A stretch of 64,000 nt of DNA from Giardia intestinalis. Taxonomy: Eukaryota. Numbering within the stretch: the first letter of the stretch is position 1; every line of letters starts with the position of its first letter. The notes under the pieces were generated by a model. The model was not told the origin of the DNA, ran no database searches, and was given only the letters and a program-made list of their open reading frames with translations. The position numbers and the translations under genes are program-made. Shown here one piece after another: positions 30,401-39,697 of the stretch. The stretch lies in assembly GCA_000002435.2 (NCBI GenBank), contig CM018792.1. One strand, written 5' to 3'.

Positions 30401-31127
30401 GCCTGCTCACCAGGAACTGAAGGAGATACTCCACTCAGTGTCTATATTGACGACAGTGACGCGATGGGGACAGTCACAGAGGCGACAGGCCTGGCGAAGC
30501 AACATGGCTTGACGGTCAGCACTGGGTGTAGGAGCACTGAGGGGCAGGAGGCCTCCTTCCTGGCCGGTCTCAAGGATCCCCCAAGACAACCGAAGGCCGA
30601 AGCCAGTGATGGCACCAATCACTCGCCAAGCTGGCCGGGATGGACCCACACGTGACCCATGTGAATCCCTCGACAGGCAAGTCGGGATCCTTGGGGTGCT
30701 TGGCTGGCAGAGGCGGACTGATCCTGCCTGCACCGAAGAGTGGTGGCGGCTCGCATGAGAAATCACTCAGATAACAGATGAGAGTAAATCAGGGGACTTT
30801 GTTGAAAAAGAAACGGCGACTCGAACTTCACCCACCACGAAGGAAGACCAAGGATAGGCGCCACCGGTAGACCAGAGAGTCTACAAGAAGGCCTGAATTC
30901 AAGGTAGATCGATGTGTACACCCAGACAGAGCATATCCTCATGGAGCAGCCGAGGAGCGCCCAGATTCTGAATGTGTCACTAAAGAGGACTCTCTCGTCA
31001 TGTTATTCGCAACCAACCCTCATCTTTGGATGACCAGGACTTAAATGAAAGCTTACCCGTGAGATCCTTGAATGCACTTGCGGGCAGGCCCCAGCAACAC
31101 ATCTACATGAGCTACATACGGTGACGC

Positions 31128-31142
31128 GTTTACTACCTAAGT
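31128..31142 (-). promoter_or_regulatory. VSP-type extended polyadenylation signal ACTTAGGTAGTAAAC
   Basis: On the minus strand, 4 nt after the TAG stop, the sequence reads ACTTAGGTAGTAAAC. This matches the conserved VSP 3' motif ACTYAGRTAGTRAAY, which contains the Giardia AGTPuAAPy signal. Confidence 0.8.
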
Positions 31143-31146
31143 ACAT

Positions 31147-33000
31147 CTACGCCTTGCCCCTGCAGATGAACCACCAGCAGAGGAATCCGACGAGGCCTCC
31201 TACAACAACAATCACAGCGACGGAGATCCCCGCGATGGCCCCCGTGGAAAGGCCACTCCTGTTGGTGCTGTCTCCTCCAGTATCTCCGCCGGTGCCATCG
31301 TCAGCCTTTTGTTGCGTTACGTAACAGGTGACAGGGCCATTGCCACCAGCTGGCGGGGCACAGCTTATGCAGTTTTCTACACCAGTTATTGCATTAGAGC
31401 TAGCCTTATCACTATCCGTGCATTTGAAGCATTTATCACCGGCACCTTTGTAATACCCTGCTAAGCAATCTGTGCAGGTTTCCTTACTACCCGCACACTT
31501 CACACATCCTTCAGTACACGCCGGACATTTTCCTCCAGCTGGGCTTTGTCCATTGGCACACGTTTGGCATTGTCCCTTATTCTGTGCAGCCGTACACACA
31601 GAGCTACCAGGAAGCTTCTGTGTGTTGTAGCATCCGCCCGATAACAGAGCGTAGTTTGCCCCACACTCAGTGCATTTCCCGCCACTTGCCTTACATCCGG
31701 AGGCATCTCTCGCTGTTGCAGGTATGGATGTGCAGACGCCGTCGACTGGGGCGTACCCCTCCTCGCACTGATCGCAGTACTTCGAGCCTCCGACGTTCAG
31801 TGAGCAGCCGTCGGCCTTGCAGTGGGCCATAAAGTCTCCCGTGCACTCCTTTATACAGGTACCCTTAGCATTCGTCTCATCACGCTTCAACACGTATCCC
31901 GGATAGCAGGCCGTGCACGACGTTTCTGCGTTAGTACTACAGCTTGCGCACGATTCGTGGCACAGATTACAAACGTTAGCGTCAGTGCGAGTTCCCGCGG
32001 GACAGGCATCTAAGCACGCGTCTCCCAAGGGGCTCAGCTTCTTTTCTGATCCGCAAGCTTCGCAGACGTTGTCCTTACTGCACTTTTCGCAATGCTCCAT
32101 GGGACACACAAAGCAGCCTGTTCCGGCTTCATTGGGTTTTTTAGTACCCTCGCAGGTAAGACACTTAACGGAATCTCCAGTCTTTGAGCACGTCTTGCAG
32201 TCGGCCACACCGCCCTCACTGACACTACCGCAGAGATGGCACTTTTTGTCCTCTGCTATTGGGAAGTGTGTGTTACCACATCCGTTTTCGTCAACACACG
32301 TGCCTGTCCCGTCGCTATTGGCCCCTTCTTTGAAGTATTGCTTACCAGTATCCTTGCAGGAGGTGCATTTATCCTCACCGTTGCCGGTGCACGTTCTACA
32401 ATCTGCATGGCACTGCTGACAGCTTGTAGTGCCATAGTATCCGTCCACACAGCTTTTACATGTGGCCGTCTGTTCTGCACTGCTTTGTCCGGGAGTTTTC
32501 GGGGCGTCGCACGTCGCACAGTTCTGAACCCCCTTATTATGATCCACACCGGCCGTGTTGTTGCATGCAATACAGGACTCCTTCGTTTTATCAGCGTCAG
32601 ATGCAGGATTCTTGAAGTACCCGTCGTGGCAAGCTATGCATATTCCATCCTTATCAGCCGTGGCAGTTCTATCGTTGCACACAAGGAGCCCGATATCGCT
32701 TCCCATCTCGTAGCACCCTCCCCTGTGCAGGAAGAAGCCGGCTTTACAAGATGTACATGTGCCATCATTCTTTGTTGTACATGCTCCTTCAGCATCCTCG
32801 CCTGTAGTTATGCACTTTCCATTGACAAGATGCTCTGCTGCTGTCGAGCACTGGGAGCAGAAGTTTGAGCCCCCAATCCAGACGTCGCACTTTCCTGTTG
32901 CGCACTGTCCTGTTTGCGGGTCACTGCTAGCCTCTGTGCATGTCGTTGCTGCCCATACCACTTGCAGGATGGCGATTCCGAAGATGATTTTCTCGAACAT
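31147..33000 (-). CDS. Variant-specific surface protein (VSP), 617 aa, complete
   Basis: The C-terminus is ...[33 protein letters not shown], the invariant VSP TM domain plus CRGKA tail. The ectodomain is Cys-rich with many CXXC motifs and GGCY motifs (HRGGCYEMG, LLSGGCYNTQ). The signal peptide is MFEKIIFGIAILQVVWA. The track start at 33021 is a GTG. The first ATG is at 33000. Confidence 0.95.
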   Translation of the reverse strand: MFEKIIFGIAILQVVWAATTCTEASSDPQTGQCATGKCDVWIGGSNFCSQCSTAAEHLVNGKCITTGEDAEGACTTKNDGTCTSCKAGFFLHRGGCYEMGSDIGLLVCNDRTATADKDGICIACHDGYFKNPASDADKTKESCIACNNTAGVDHNKGVQNCATCDAPKTPGQSSAEQTATCKSCVDGYYGTTSCQQCHADCRTCTGNGEDKCTSCKDTGKQYFKEGANSDGTGTCVDENGCGNTHFPIAEDKKCHLCGSVSEGGVADCKTCSKTGDSVKCLTCEGTKKPNEAGTGCFVCPMEHCEKCSKDNVCEACGSEKKLSPLGDACLDACPAGTRTDANVCNLCHESCASCSTNAETSCTACYPGYVLKRDETNAKGTCIKECTGDFMAHCKADGCSLNVGGSKYCDQCEEGYAPVDGVCTSIPATARDASGCKASGGKCTECGANYALLSGGCYNTQKLPGSSVCTAAQNKGQCQTCANGQSPAGGKCPACTEGCVKCAGSKETCTDCLAGYYKGAGDKCFKCTDSDKASSNAITGVENCISCAPPAGGNGPVTCYVTQQKADDGTGGDTGGDSTNRSGLSTGAIAGISVAVIVVVGGLVGFLCWWFICRGKA

Positions 33001-33943
33001 TGCCGGCAGCCCATAGAGCACGCAACACCAGGCGACGCTGCCACGTGGTAAGTGAGGATAATGTGCACCCTACGAGGATGCCCCGGTGTAGCGGATCTCT
33101 GGTGTCCTAGTGGCTTCTCCTATGTGTGGCGTCTCTAGGGACCAAGGAGAGAATGTGCATTATGGCATCTCAAGAGCGGCCCCTCGCACATCACCGGTAC
33201 CTATGACAGTAATCATCACTACGTGGATAGGTCCACTCAAGTAATGAATGCACCCACTGCTATGAAACTGGACCGATGCTCCTCACAAGAGCTGCCTGGA
33301 TAAAGGAGAGAGCCACCGACAAGCCTCAGCTGTGCTCTGTCCAGGACCACCACACAGGGGCGAGAAGTCGGCTGGCCGTCACTTTTTAGCAATGACACCA
33401 ACCACTGCCTCTGCTTGGTCCTCCTGGGATGCCTAGAGCGCTCACACATGGATTCTTGTGTGTCCTCCACGGCTATCTGGGCATAGTCGCCACGGTCTCT
33501 CGTAGTTCTGTTCCCTACTGTTACAGGCCACATGCTAGCCGCCTACACAGTACTAGAGCAGCTGTAGACAAGACCGAGGCGGATCGATGAACCAGTGTGT
33601 CTGGCTTCCCCTCTGGCTGTATCTTCTATTCAGTTCAACACTCTCAGATAGCATCCTTTACATAACAGATTTTGTTAAGTACATGGATCCATTCTTAACC
33701 TTCCACTGTTACTACGGACGACCGAGCTGTTTGGCTGGCGTATGCCTCTGTAGACGGTGTTATTCTAAACTATACAATTTACAGGGGTAGGCAGAGAGTA
33801 TGAGGACTGAAGAGAAGGGAACTCAGATAGAGTCCTAGCTCAGCGGGATAGTGTCATCGTGGTCACGTTATCAATGAGTGGCAGGCTTGCACATATAGAA
33901 ACCCTTTGGTACATATTGTGCTACGCTTTATGAAAAACGCTAA

Positions 33944-36322
33944 ATGCTCGGCCTTTTACCACTGGCTCTCCTTGCTTCTATTTGCAAAAGTTCAAGAGAT
34001 GCGTATTACAACAAGTTCGGCGTGGGATGTGAGGGCAAGCAGGAGAATTGCGCCCAGGATAGGTGCTTTTCCATAGGGTCATGGACGTCATGCACCCAAT
34101 GTATCCCTGGGTATGTTCCAATAGATGGAAAATGCCAGAATTACTCCGGAGCTAGCTCCCCTCCATGTACTCCAGATGATCCCAACTCACCGACTCGCTG
34201 CATCAGATGCACATCAACAGAAAATGTCTTTCTCTTTTATGGCAGCTGCTATACAATTACAACAGCACAGAACAGAAATCTGGGCAATTTCTTGTGCTCT
34301 GAAGCATCGAATGGTGTGTGCACTAAATGCTTTGAAAGTAAGCTTGAAAGATATGTCTTTACCAATCCAGACACAAGTGCAGCTGAGAAGTGCATCCTGT
34401 GCTCCGATACGGTCGGGTTCAATGGGTACAAAGGCGCCTCTGGGTGCCTAGACTGCCTTCCTCCCATCACTGATAAAATAGGCATCGCTCTGTGTGTTAA
34501 GTGTCACTATACTACCGAGGATAGACATTTTTATCCGATTGACTATCAATGCCAAGCCAAAGGGCCTCACAATTGCGTCAATGGTTACTGCACGTCATGC
34601 TACAAGACACATTTGTTCTATGAGTATGGATGTTATAGTCGGCACAGTTCGACTGGATTTGCCATATGCGCGGGGGCGAATCAGTACGAGCTAGATAATG
34701 TTACTATCTGCAAAGAGTGCGCAAATGCATCATACGCACCCAGGAACGGAGCATGCATTCTTATCAAGGAAAATCCATCTATTGAAGAGATCGCTTTTAA
34801 GTGCACAAAGGATCCAACTAAAGGACTATGCACGGCCTGCTCTAGCTCCGCGCCATCTTTCCTCTTCTACGGCGGCTGCTATGACGAGGACGCCCGTATT
34901 AGCTCAAAACTCTGTTCAAGAATTGGATCAAATGCCTGTGAACAATGGAATAGTGCTTTCAAATGGATCTTCTCTAAGAATGGCGATAACAATAAAAATG
35001 GATATCTGTGTGGCGATATTGCAAACGGTGGCATCTCTGGCTGTGCTACGTGTAACTATGCCAGCGGTGCTGTCACTTGCACGCGGTGCTCGGCAGGGTG
35101 CCTAGGAGTGGACGGGAAGTCCTGCAGTGAAGGCTGCAGCGGAGACACTCGGGGAGTGTGCACGAAGGTAACAGAGGGGAGCGAGTCAACTGAAGTGTCG
35201 TGTCGATGCGTCTGCAGGCCGACGTTCTACAACAGCTCCGGAACGTGTACACCATGTACGGACTCGTGCGCTGTCTGCAAGGATGGCACACTAACCGGCT
35301 GTCAGCAGTGCAGCCCCGGCAAGATCCTGAGCTTCTCGATCGTCTCTAGCGAGAGTGCAGACTGTGTCGATCAGTGTTCTGTTGGTAGTGAGTGTGCAGA
35401 GTGCGGCATCACCATCGACGGCAGCAGGTACTGCACGCGCTGCAAGGACGCAAGCACGTATCCGTTCAATGGCGTGTGTATTCCAAACACACAAAGAGAC
35501 GCGTACTGTACCAGCACGGCAAATGGTGCTTGCACTGCCTGCTCAGAAGCGGCCTTCCTGATGAACGGGGGCTGCTACACAACGGAGCACTATCCAGGAA
35601 GCACTATCTGTGATAAGCAGTCAAACGGAAAGTGTGAGAAGACCAAGGAGGGGTACGGGATATCGGCCGATGGAAAGCTGCTGGAGTGCGATCCGACATG
35701 TCTGGCGTGCACTGCCCCTGGCCCCGGCCGCTGCACCAGGTGCCCCTTTGGAAAGCTCCTGAAGAAGGTCTCGGGTGCCGCCACCGGGAGCTGCGTCGGC
35801 CTTAATGCCTGTGTAGACGGGTACTATGCAGACGGAGACGCGTGCCTGCCCTGCGCCACTCCGGGGTGCAAGACCTGCGGACATGCCTCTTTCTGCACAG
35901 AGTGCGCGGGGGAGCTCTTCGTGAGCCTGGACGGGCGGTCGTGCCTGGAGGAGTGCACCGGGGACAAGGTGGTGGGAGAGGTGTCCAGCGGCGTGCAGAG
36001 GTGCTGGTGTGAGCGGGGCTTCCTACCGGCACTGGACAGATCCGGGTGTGTGCTCCCAACCGAGTGTCCCCCTGACATGTCGTGGTGTGCTGCCTGCGAT
36101 ACGTCGGGTAAGTGTCTCTCGTGTGCCGCCTCGAATCATAACATCCAGACAGATCAGCGGACGTGTGCAGAGGGGTGCGGCGCCAGGGCCTCATCGAACC
36201 AGGGGCTGTGCATGTGCGAGCTTGACGCGGTCCTCAGAAGGGCATCTGTGTTTCGACCAAGGAGCTGGCCAAGAAGAGAACGGCGGCGATCGCAGGAGGG
36301 ACGGTGGCCGGGGTCATTGTGA
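33944..36322 (+). CDS. High-cysteine membrane protein (HCMP, VSP-like ectodomain), 792 aa as read; the reading frame breaks before the TM anchor
   Basis: A signal peptide [14 protein letters not shown] is present. CXXC/CXC-rich repeats with GGCY/GSCY motifs run throughout ([31 protein letters not shown]). The last ~30 residues ([28 protein letters not shown]) look like out-of-frame read-through. Confidence 0.85.
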   Translation: MLGLLPLALLASICKSSRDAYYNKFGVGCEGKQENCAQDRCFSIGSWTSCTQCIPGYVPIDGKCQNYSGASSPPCTPDDPNSPTRCIRCTSTENVFLFYGSCYTITTAQNRNLGNFLCSEASNGVCTKCFESKLERYVFTNPDTSAAEKCILCSDTVGFNGYKGASGCLDCLPPITDKIGIALCVKCHYTTEDRHFYPIDYQCQAKGPHNCVNGYCTSCYKTHLFYEYGCYSRHSSTGFAICAGANQYELDNVTICKECANASYAPRNGACILIKENPSIEEIAFKCTKDPTKGLCTACSSSAPSFLFYGGCYDEDARISSKLCSRIGSNACEQWNSAFKWIFSKNGDNNKNGYLCGDIANGGISGCATCNYASGAVTCTRCSAGCLGVDGKSCSEGCSGDTRGVCTKVTEGSESTEVSCRCVCRPTFYNSSGTCTPCTDSCAVCKDGTLTGCQQCSPGKILSFSIVSSESADCVDQCSVGSECAECGITIDGSRYCTRCKDASTYPFNGVCIPNTQRDAYCTSTANGACTACSEAAFLMNGGCYTTEHYPGSTICDKQSNGKCEKTKEGYGISADGKLLECDPTCLACTAPGPGRCTRCPFGKLLKKVSGAATGSCVGLNACVDGYYADGDACLPCATPGCKTCGHASFCTECAGELFVSLDGRSCLEECTGDKVVGEVSSGVQRCWCERGFLPALDRSGCVLPTECPPDMSWCAACDTSGKCLSCAASNHNIQTDQRTCAEGCGARASSNQGLCMCELDAVLRRASVFRPRSWPRRERRRSQEGRWPGSL

Positions 36323-36426
36323 TTGGGAGCCTGGTTGGCTTCCTTTGCTGGTGGTTTCTCTACCGGGGCAAGCGAATTGGTGCCTCTTTGAGTACTGTGG
36401 GACTCGTTCAATCCAAGTCTATGTAA
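36226..36426 (+). other. Out-of-frame (-1) TM anchor and cytoplasmic tail belonging to the HCMP locus
   Basis: The frame starting at 36241 reads [61 protein letters not shown], with its stop at 36424..36426. [11 protein letters not shown] closely mirrors the TM segment [11 protein letters not shown] of the neighbouring VSP. This frame has a TGA at 36223..36225, so the break lies between about 36,226 and 36,244. Confidence 0.75.
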
Positions 36427-37526
36427 CGCTCCCAAGAACTTGTTGATATACGTGTCTATGATAGGGCTATGCCCATATTGTGCTGAGCACCATTCTCGGT
36501 GTCCTTCTACAGTGAACAACTTGATCTGCGTCCACGCTGTCTTGCTGCGGCACCCCTGGGCATATTCTAGCTAACGGGGCAGAAAAGCGAAGTCTACTCA
36601 CATTATTCGCCTTGCATCTGCAAATCCGTGTGAGATCAGCGAGAAGCGGCTTCAGATACCCTTAGGTACCCTGCTTGCTAGTTGCCATCCCGAGGCACGT
36701 GATCACATCAGATACCGTTGTGAGCTTATCCCTCACACAAGTAATCATTAGCTTGGAGATGCAACCTGGTCCACCTGTACAGGGCCTTTTCCCCTGTGTA
36801 GACGTTACCAGGACAGAACAAGATGCACGAAGAACTCGTTGGCACCTGCTCTGCGCAAGTCTAGCAGCCGACATTATCTGACTTTGGATGGGCTTCTGTA
36901 ATTCTTCCTTTTAGGCATGGACTTGCTTCTGCACCAATGGCATGTGGAATATCCTAGTCTCTCAACTTAAGCACCTTTAGGAAGCAAACGCTATTTAGTA
37001 TTCAAAGGTACATCAGCTTCCCGGGTTGCCGTCGATGTCTAAGGCTATCTCTCTAGGAACTACTGTCAGCCTTGCATGCACTCATTCTAGTGCCCCATTA
37101 ATATAAGAGCTGCATTTCTTAGTCACAAGCATCAACAGCTAGTGAAGAGGTTCAATACTTCGAGAAGGTATTTCCTGGGGATCCATTCTATACTTGCAGT
37201 AATTAAAGCTCCTGCTGCAACCCTACTATTAGTTATCTGTTTTATTGGCTAAACTACACCTTTGCTACTGAACCTAGTGTGTTTCTAGGCATCACCAATG
37301 CTTGCATAGTCAACAGAAAATTGCGCTAAATCATTGGTACGGATGTACTTGTTACTATTTAATGTGCAATCCTTTCGTCTTTGTCTGCAGATAACCCGCT
37401 AATATTGAAGGAACAACAGAATTAAGACATATCTATGAGAAGCGCTGGAGAATATCCAGGCTTCAGATCCAGCAGTTCAGCTTACGCTAGGCTACTCACT
37501 CTATCATCAGTGATGAGATCACTTTG

Positions 37527-39686
37527 ATGAAACAGAGTAAACAATTTTATCACAAGGTTTGGGCAGAAAAGATTTGTACACACATTCCTCTTACTATGAA
37601 TCTCGCTGAAAAACTGAAATTAGACTATGAAATAAGGCTTCGGGAGGCACCTAGCAATAAGCTGTGGAGCCAGTATGCTCGTTGGGAGGCTTCTCAAGGC
37701 CGAGTAAGAGCTGCATGCGTCATTTGTGAAAGATACTTAGACTCTACCGCCGATCCATCTGAGGATATGTGGCTTCTCTATGCAGAACTGTCTCCTTCAC
37801 GCTCCATGAAGCTGGACATTTTTACCCGTGCTATCCAGCAACAGCCCCTTTCCACAAGATTACATCGCTCCATGCTACAGTGCTTCCTATCGCACGATGG
37901 AGCACCACTTTTGTCTATAGCAGACATAGAGCATTTAGTTAAGAACTGGATGAACAGGGTACTCGAGCATGGTTCTCCTAGCCATTTAGAGGCCCTGTTT
38001 AAGACTCTAGTTGATAGTCTAGAGCAACTAATTTGCTATAGCTCTATTCAGCAATGTGAGGAGCTTGCGCTTTTGCTTCTGCATGCTTATGCTTCTATTC
38101 CTGGAGCCAGAGACCCTCTGTGCTTTGTCTTTAATGCTCTTCAGCAGCTTATCGAACAATCTGGGTTTAATCGAAGAAAGCTGTTTATTAGTGCGCTCAA
38201 GATCTTCACGCTAATCTTTCCAACTCTGTCTTCCTTCAGCGAACAATATTTAGCTTTACATCGTCTTTATTTGCTGTACGAATTCATGCAGCCGCGCCTT
38301 CATTCTCTTTTCTTTGCTGAAACGCTGGTCTCTAGCCCTGTTAATAATACGAGTGAGTCACCCTTTAAATCAATCTATGCACTTCTATTTGCTGCTCGGA
38401 CTAACCTGGAGACAGCTCCTTCGCTGGGTGTTACCGAACTCTGCCTATTATTGGCATATGACTCTCTTCTAACACTACAAGTAGATGATAGAATTTTTCA
38501 ATCTGGTTGTTGTTCAATCTTTAATATTGTGAGCCCGGTGCAACTGTTTGGTGAATCCTGGTTTGACAGACTCAGTGTTATCCAGCTCATTATTGAATCT
38601 GAGCTGTTTGTGCTTAGAAAAACTACAATCACAGAAGTGCTGAAAAATTTAGTACTATCGATGGGCAGCCATTCTTATCAGTCTAATAGCTTATCTGATG
38701 AGCAACTTGTTCAGCTTTACTCTTCAATCCAGCATCTCCTTCAGCGCTTCCCCTCTGAACCTGAAGCATTTAAAAGTGTAGAGTACTTGTTGAGCGTTTG
38801 CCTACCCACCATTCTGTCCAGGTTCGACCAACTTTTCGGATTAGTAGAAGGCCTTCTGCAGATGCTACTTACATCTCCCAGGTGTGCACGGTTTACTGAC
38901 AGGATACTCTCAATTATAGAAGAAGTGGATCCTATGCTTTTTGATCCGTGTACAATCAGGTTGGTGTTGAGGGCAATGGCGTCAAGAACGTTGATCACCG
39001 AAAATCTATCTGGCACAACGCTAGCTCGTATAGTATCCTGCAGTATTATTAATGGTGAGATAACGATGGCTATAGATGTCCTGCTATTAGCTCGGAACAA
39101 ACAGCCATGCTTTGAATTGTTCCAAAATATTATTAGAATCATATTTGATAATACAGAAGCTAAAGGCATGTTCAGCACAACAATTAGGTGCCTAAGTGAA
39201 ATAACATCCATTTTATTAAGTGACGTAGAGTTTCGTAATGATATTATAAACTTCTCGTCAAATACAACCTTAGATTTGAATTACATATCTGTCAAAGATT
39301 TCCTAGATTGCTCAGCTATTGTATTGTTGCTTTTTCTTGCATGCATGACGCAGCAATTAGCAGAAAACCACATATTCGATGGTGCAATCTTTGAAGATAT
39401 CATTGGGAGCGTGCTTAAGCAGGTTGAGATTGTGCACATAGGCGTTAAGATGGGCGATATTATCCTAGTGGATCAGTACGCGAAGCTCAGCAGCTTGATT
39501 GGTACAGTGTTTGAGTACTATGAGCTGATTACCGGTGCAGAAGCAATATCGGGGAGAGTCGCGCTCGAGTGTGTAGTGAGTGTAAAGGACAAGGACCAGA
39601 GTAGATCTCTTCTTTTATATGAGGTTGTCCCGATTGACCGCTCCGATGGAGATGGGCTCCTCAAGCTGTTGGACAGAGTGGAGTAA
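37527..39686 (+). CDS. Hypothetical protein, 719 aa, helical; N-terminal HAT (half-a-TPR)-like repeats
   Basis: The track ORF starts at a TTG (37524). The ATG is at 37527. The N-terminus KLWSQYARWEASQGRVRAACVICERYLDS...DMWLLYAELSP...DIFTRAIQQQP follows the HAT pattern W..Y..fE...G....A..i.ER.L seen in RNA-processing factors. The rest is Leu-rich and helical. The function is not assigned. Confidence 0.7.
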   Translation: MKQSKQFYHKVWAEKICTHIPLTMNLAEKLKLDYEIRLREAPSNKLWSQYARWEASQGRVRAACVICERYLDSTADPSEDMWLLYAELSPSRSMKLDIFTRAIQQQPLSTRLHRSMLQCFLSHDGAPLLSIADIEHLVKNWMNRVLEHGSPSHLEALFKTLVDSLEQLICYSSIQQCEELALLLLHAYASIPGARDPLCFVFNALQQLIEQSGFNRRKLFISALKIFTLIFPTLSSFSEQYLALHRLYLLYEFMQPRLHSLFFAETLVSSPVNNTSESPFKSIYALLFAARTNLETAPSLGVTELCLLLAYDSLLTLQVDDRIFQSGCCSIFNIVSPVQLFGESWFDRLSVIQLIIESELFVLRKTTITEVLKNLVLSMGSHSYQSNSLSDEQLVQLYSSIQHLLQRFPSEPEAFKSVEYLLSVCLPTILSRFDQLFGLVEGLLQMLLTSPRCARFTDRILSIIEEVDPMLFDPCTIRLVLRAMASRTLITENLSGTTLARIVSCSIINGEITMAIDVLLLARNKQPCFELFQNIIRIIFDNTEAKGMFSTTIRCLSEITSILLSDVEFRNDIINFSSNTTLDLNYISVKDFLDCSAIVLLLFLACMTQQLAENHIFDGAIFEDIIGSVLKQVEIVHIGVKMGDIILVDQYAKLSSLIGTVFEYYELITGAEAISGRVALECVVSVKDKDQSRSLLLYEVVPIDRSDGDGLLKLLDRVE

Positions 39687-39697
39687 GGCACAATGCA

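Larger units (their letters stand above)
29856..30790 (+). mobile_element. Decayed retroelement copy (right copy), an internal-deletion derivative of the same family
   Basis: It starts with GTTTACT (29856..29862). The RT box LSVYIDDSDAMGTVTEATGLAKQHGLTVSTG sits on the plus strand, with YIDD at 30443..30454. The copy is homologous to the left copy throughout. The region equivalent to left-copy ~23,350-24,309 is missing. It ends ...GAGAGTAAAT (AGTAAAT at 30783..30789). Multiple stops and frameshifts are present. Confidence 0.8.

Noticed and set aside
33001-33021. A track extension of the VSP ORF to 33021 (MLYGLPA...).
   Set aside because: The extension starts at a GTG. The ATG at 33000 gives the canonical VSP signal peptide MFEKIIFGIAILQVVWA.
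31584-33068. ORFs overlapping the VSP on both strands (for example 31913..32419 +, 32236..32868 +, 32256..32570 -).
   Set aside because: The VSP frame is unequivocal (signal peptide, CXXC array, TM, CRGKA). The others are by-products of the Cys/Gly/Thr/Ala codon composition.
36395-36426. The sequence gggactcgttcaatccaagtc resembles a tRNA T-arm (GTTCAATCC).
   Set aside because: No complementary 5 bp T-stem, acceptor stem or anticodon arm can be drawn. The sequence lies inside the HCMP cytoplasmic-tail coding frame.
38741-39211. A 156 aa minus-strand ORF inside the 719 aa gene.
   Set aside because: It is antisense to a longer, better-supported ORF and no motifs were seen.
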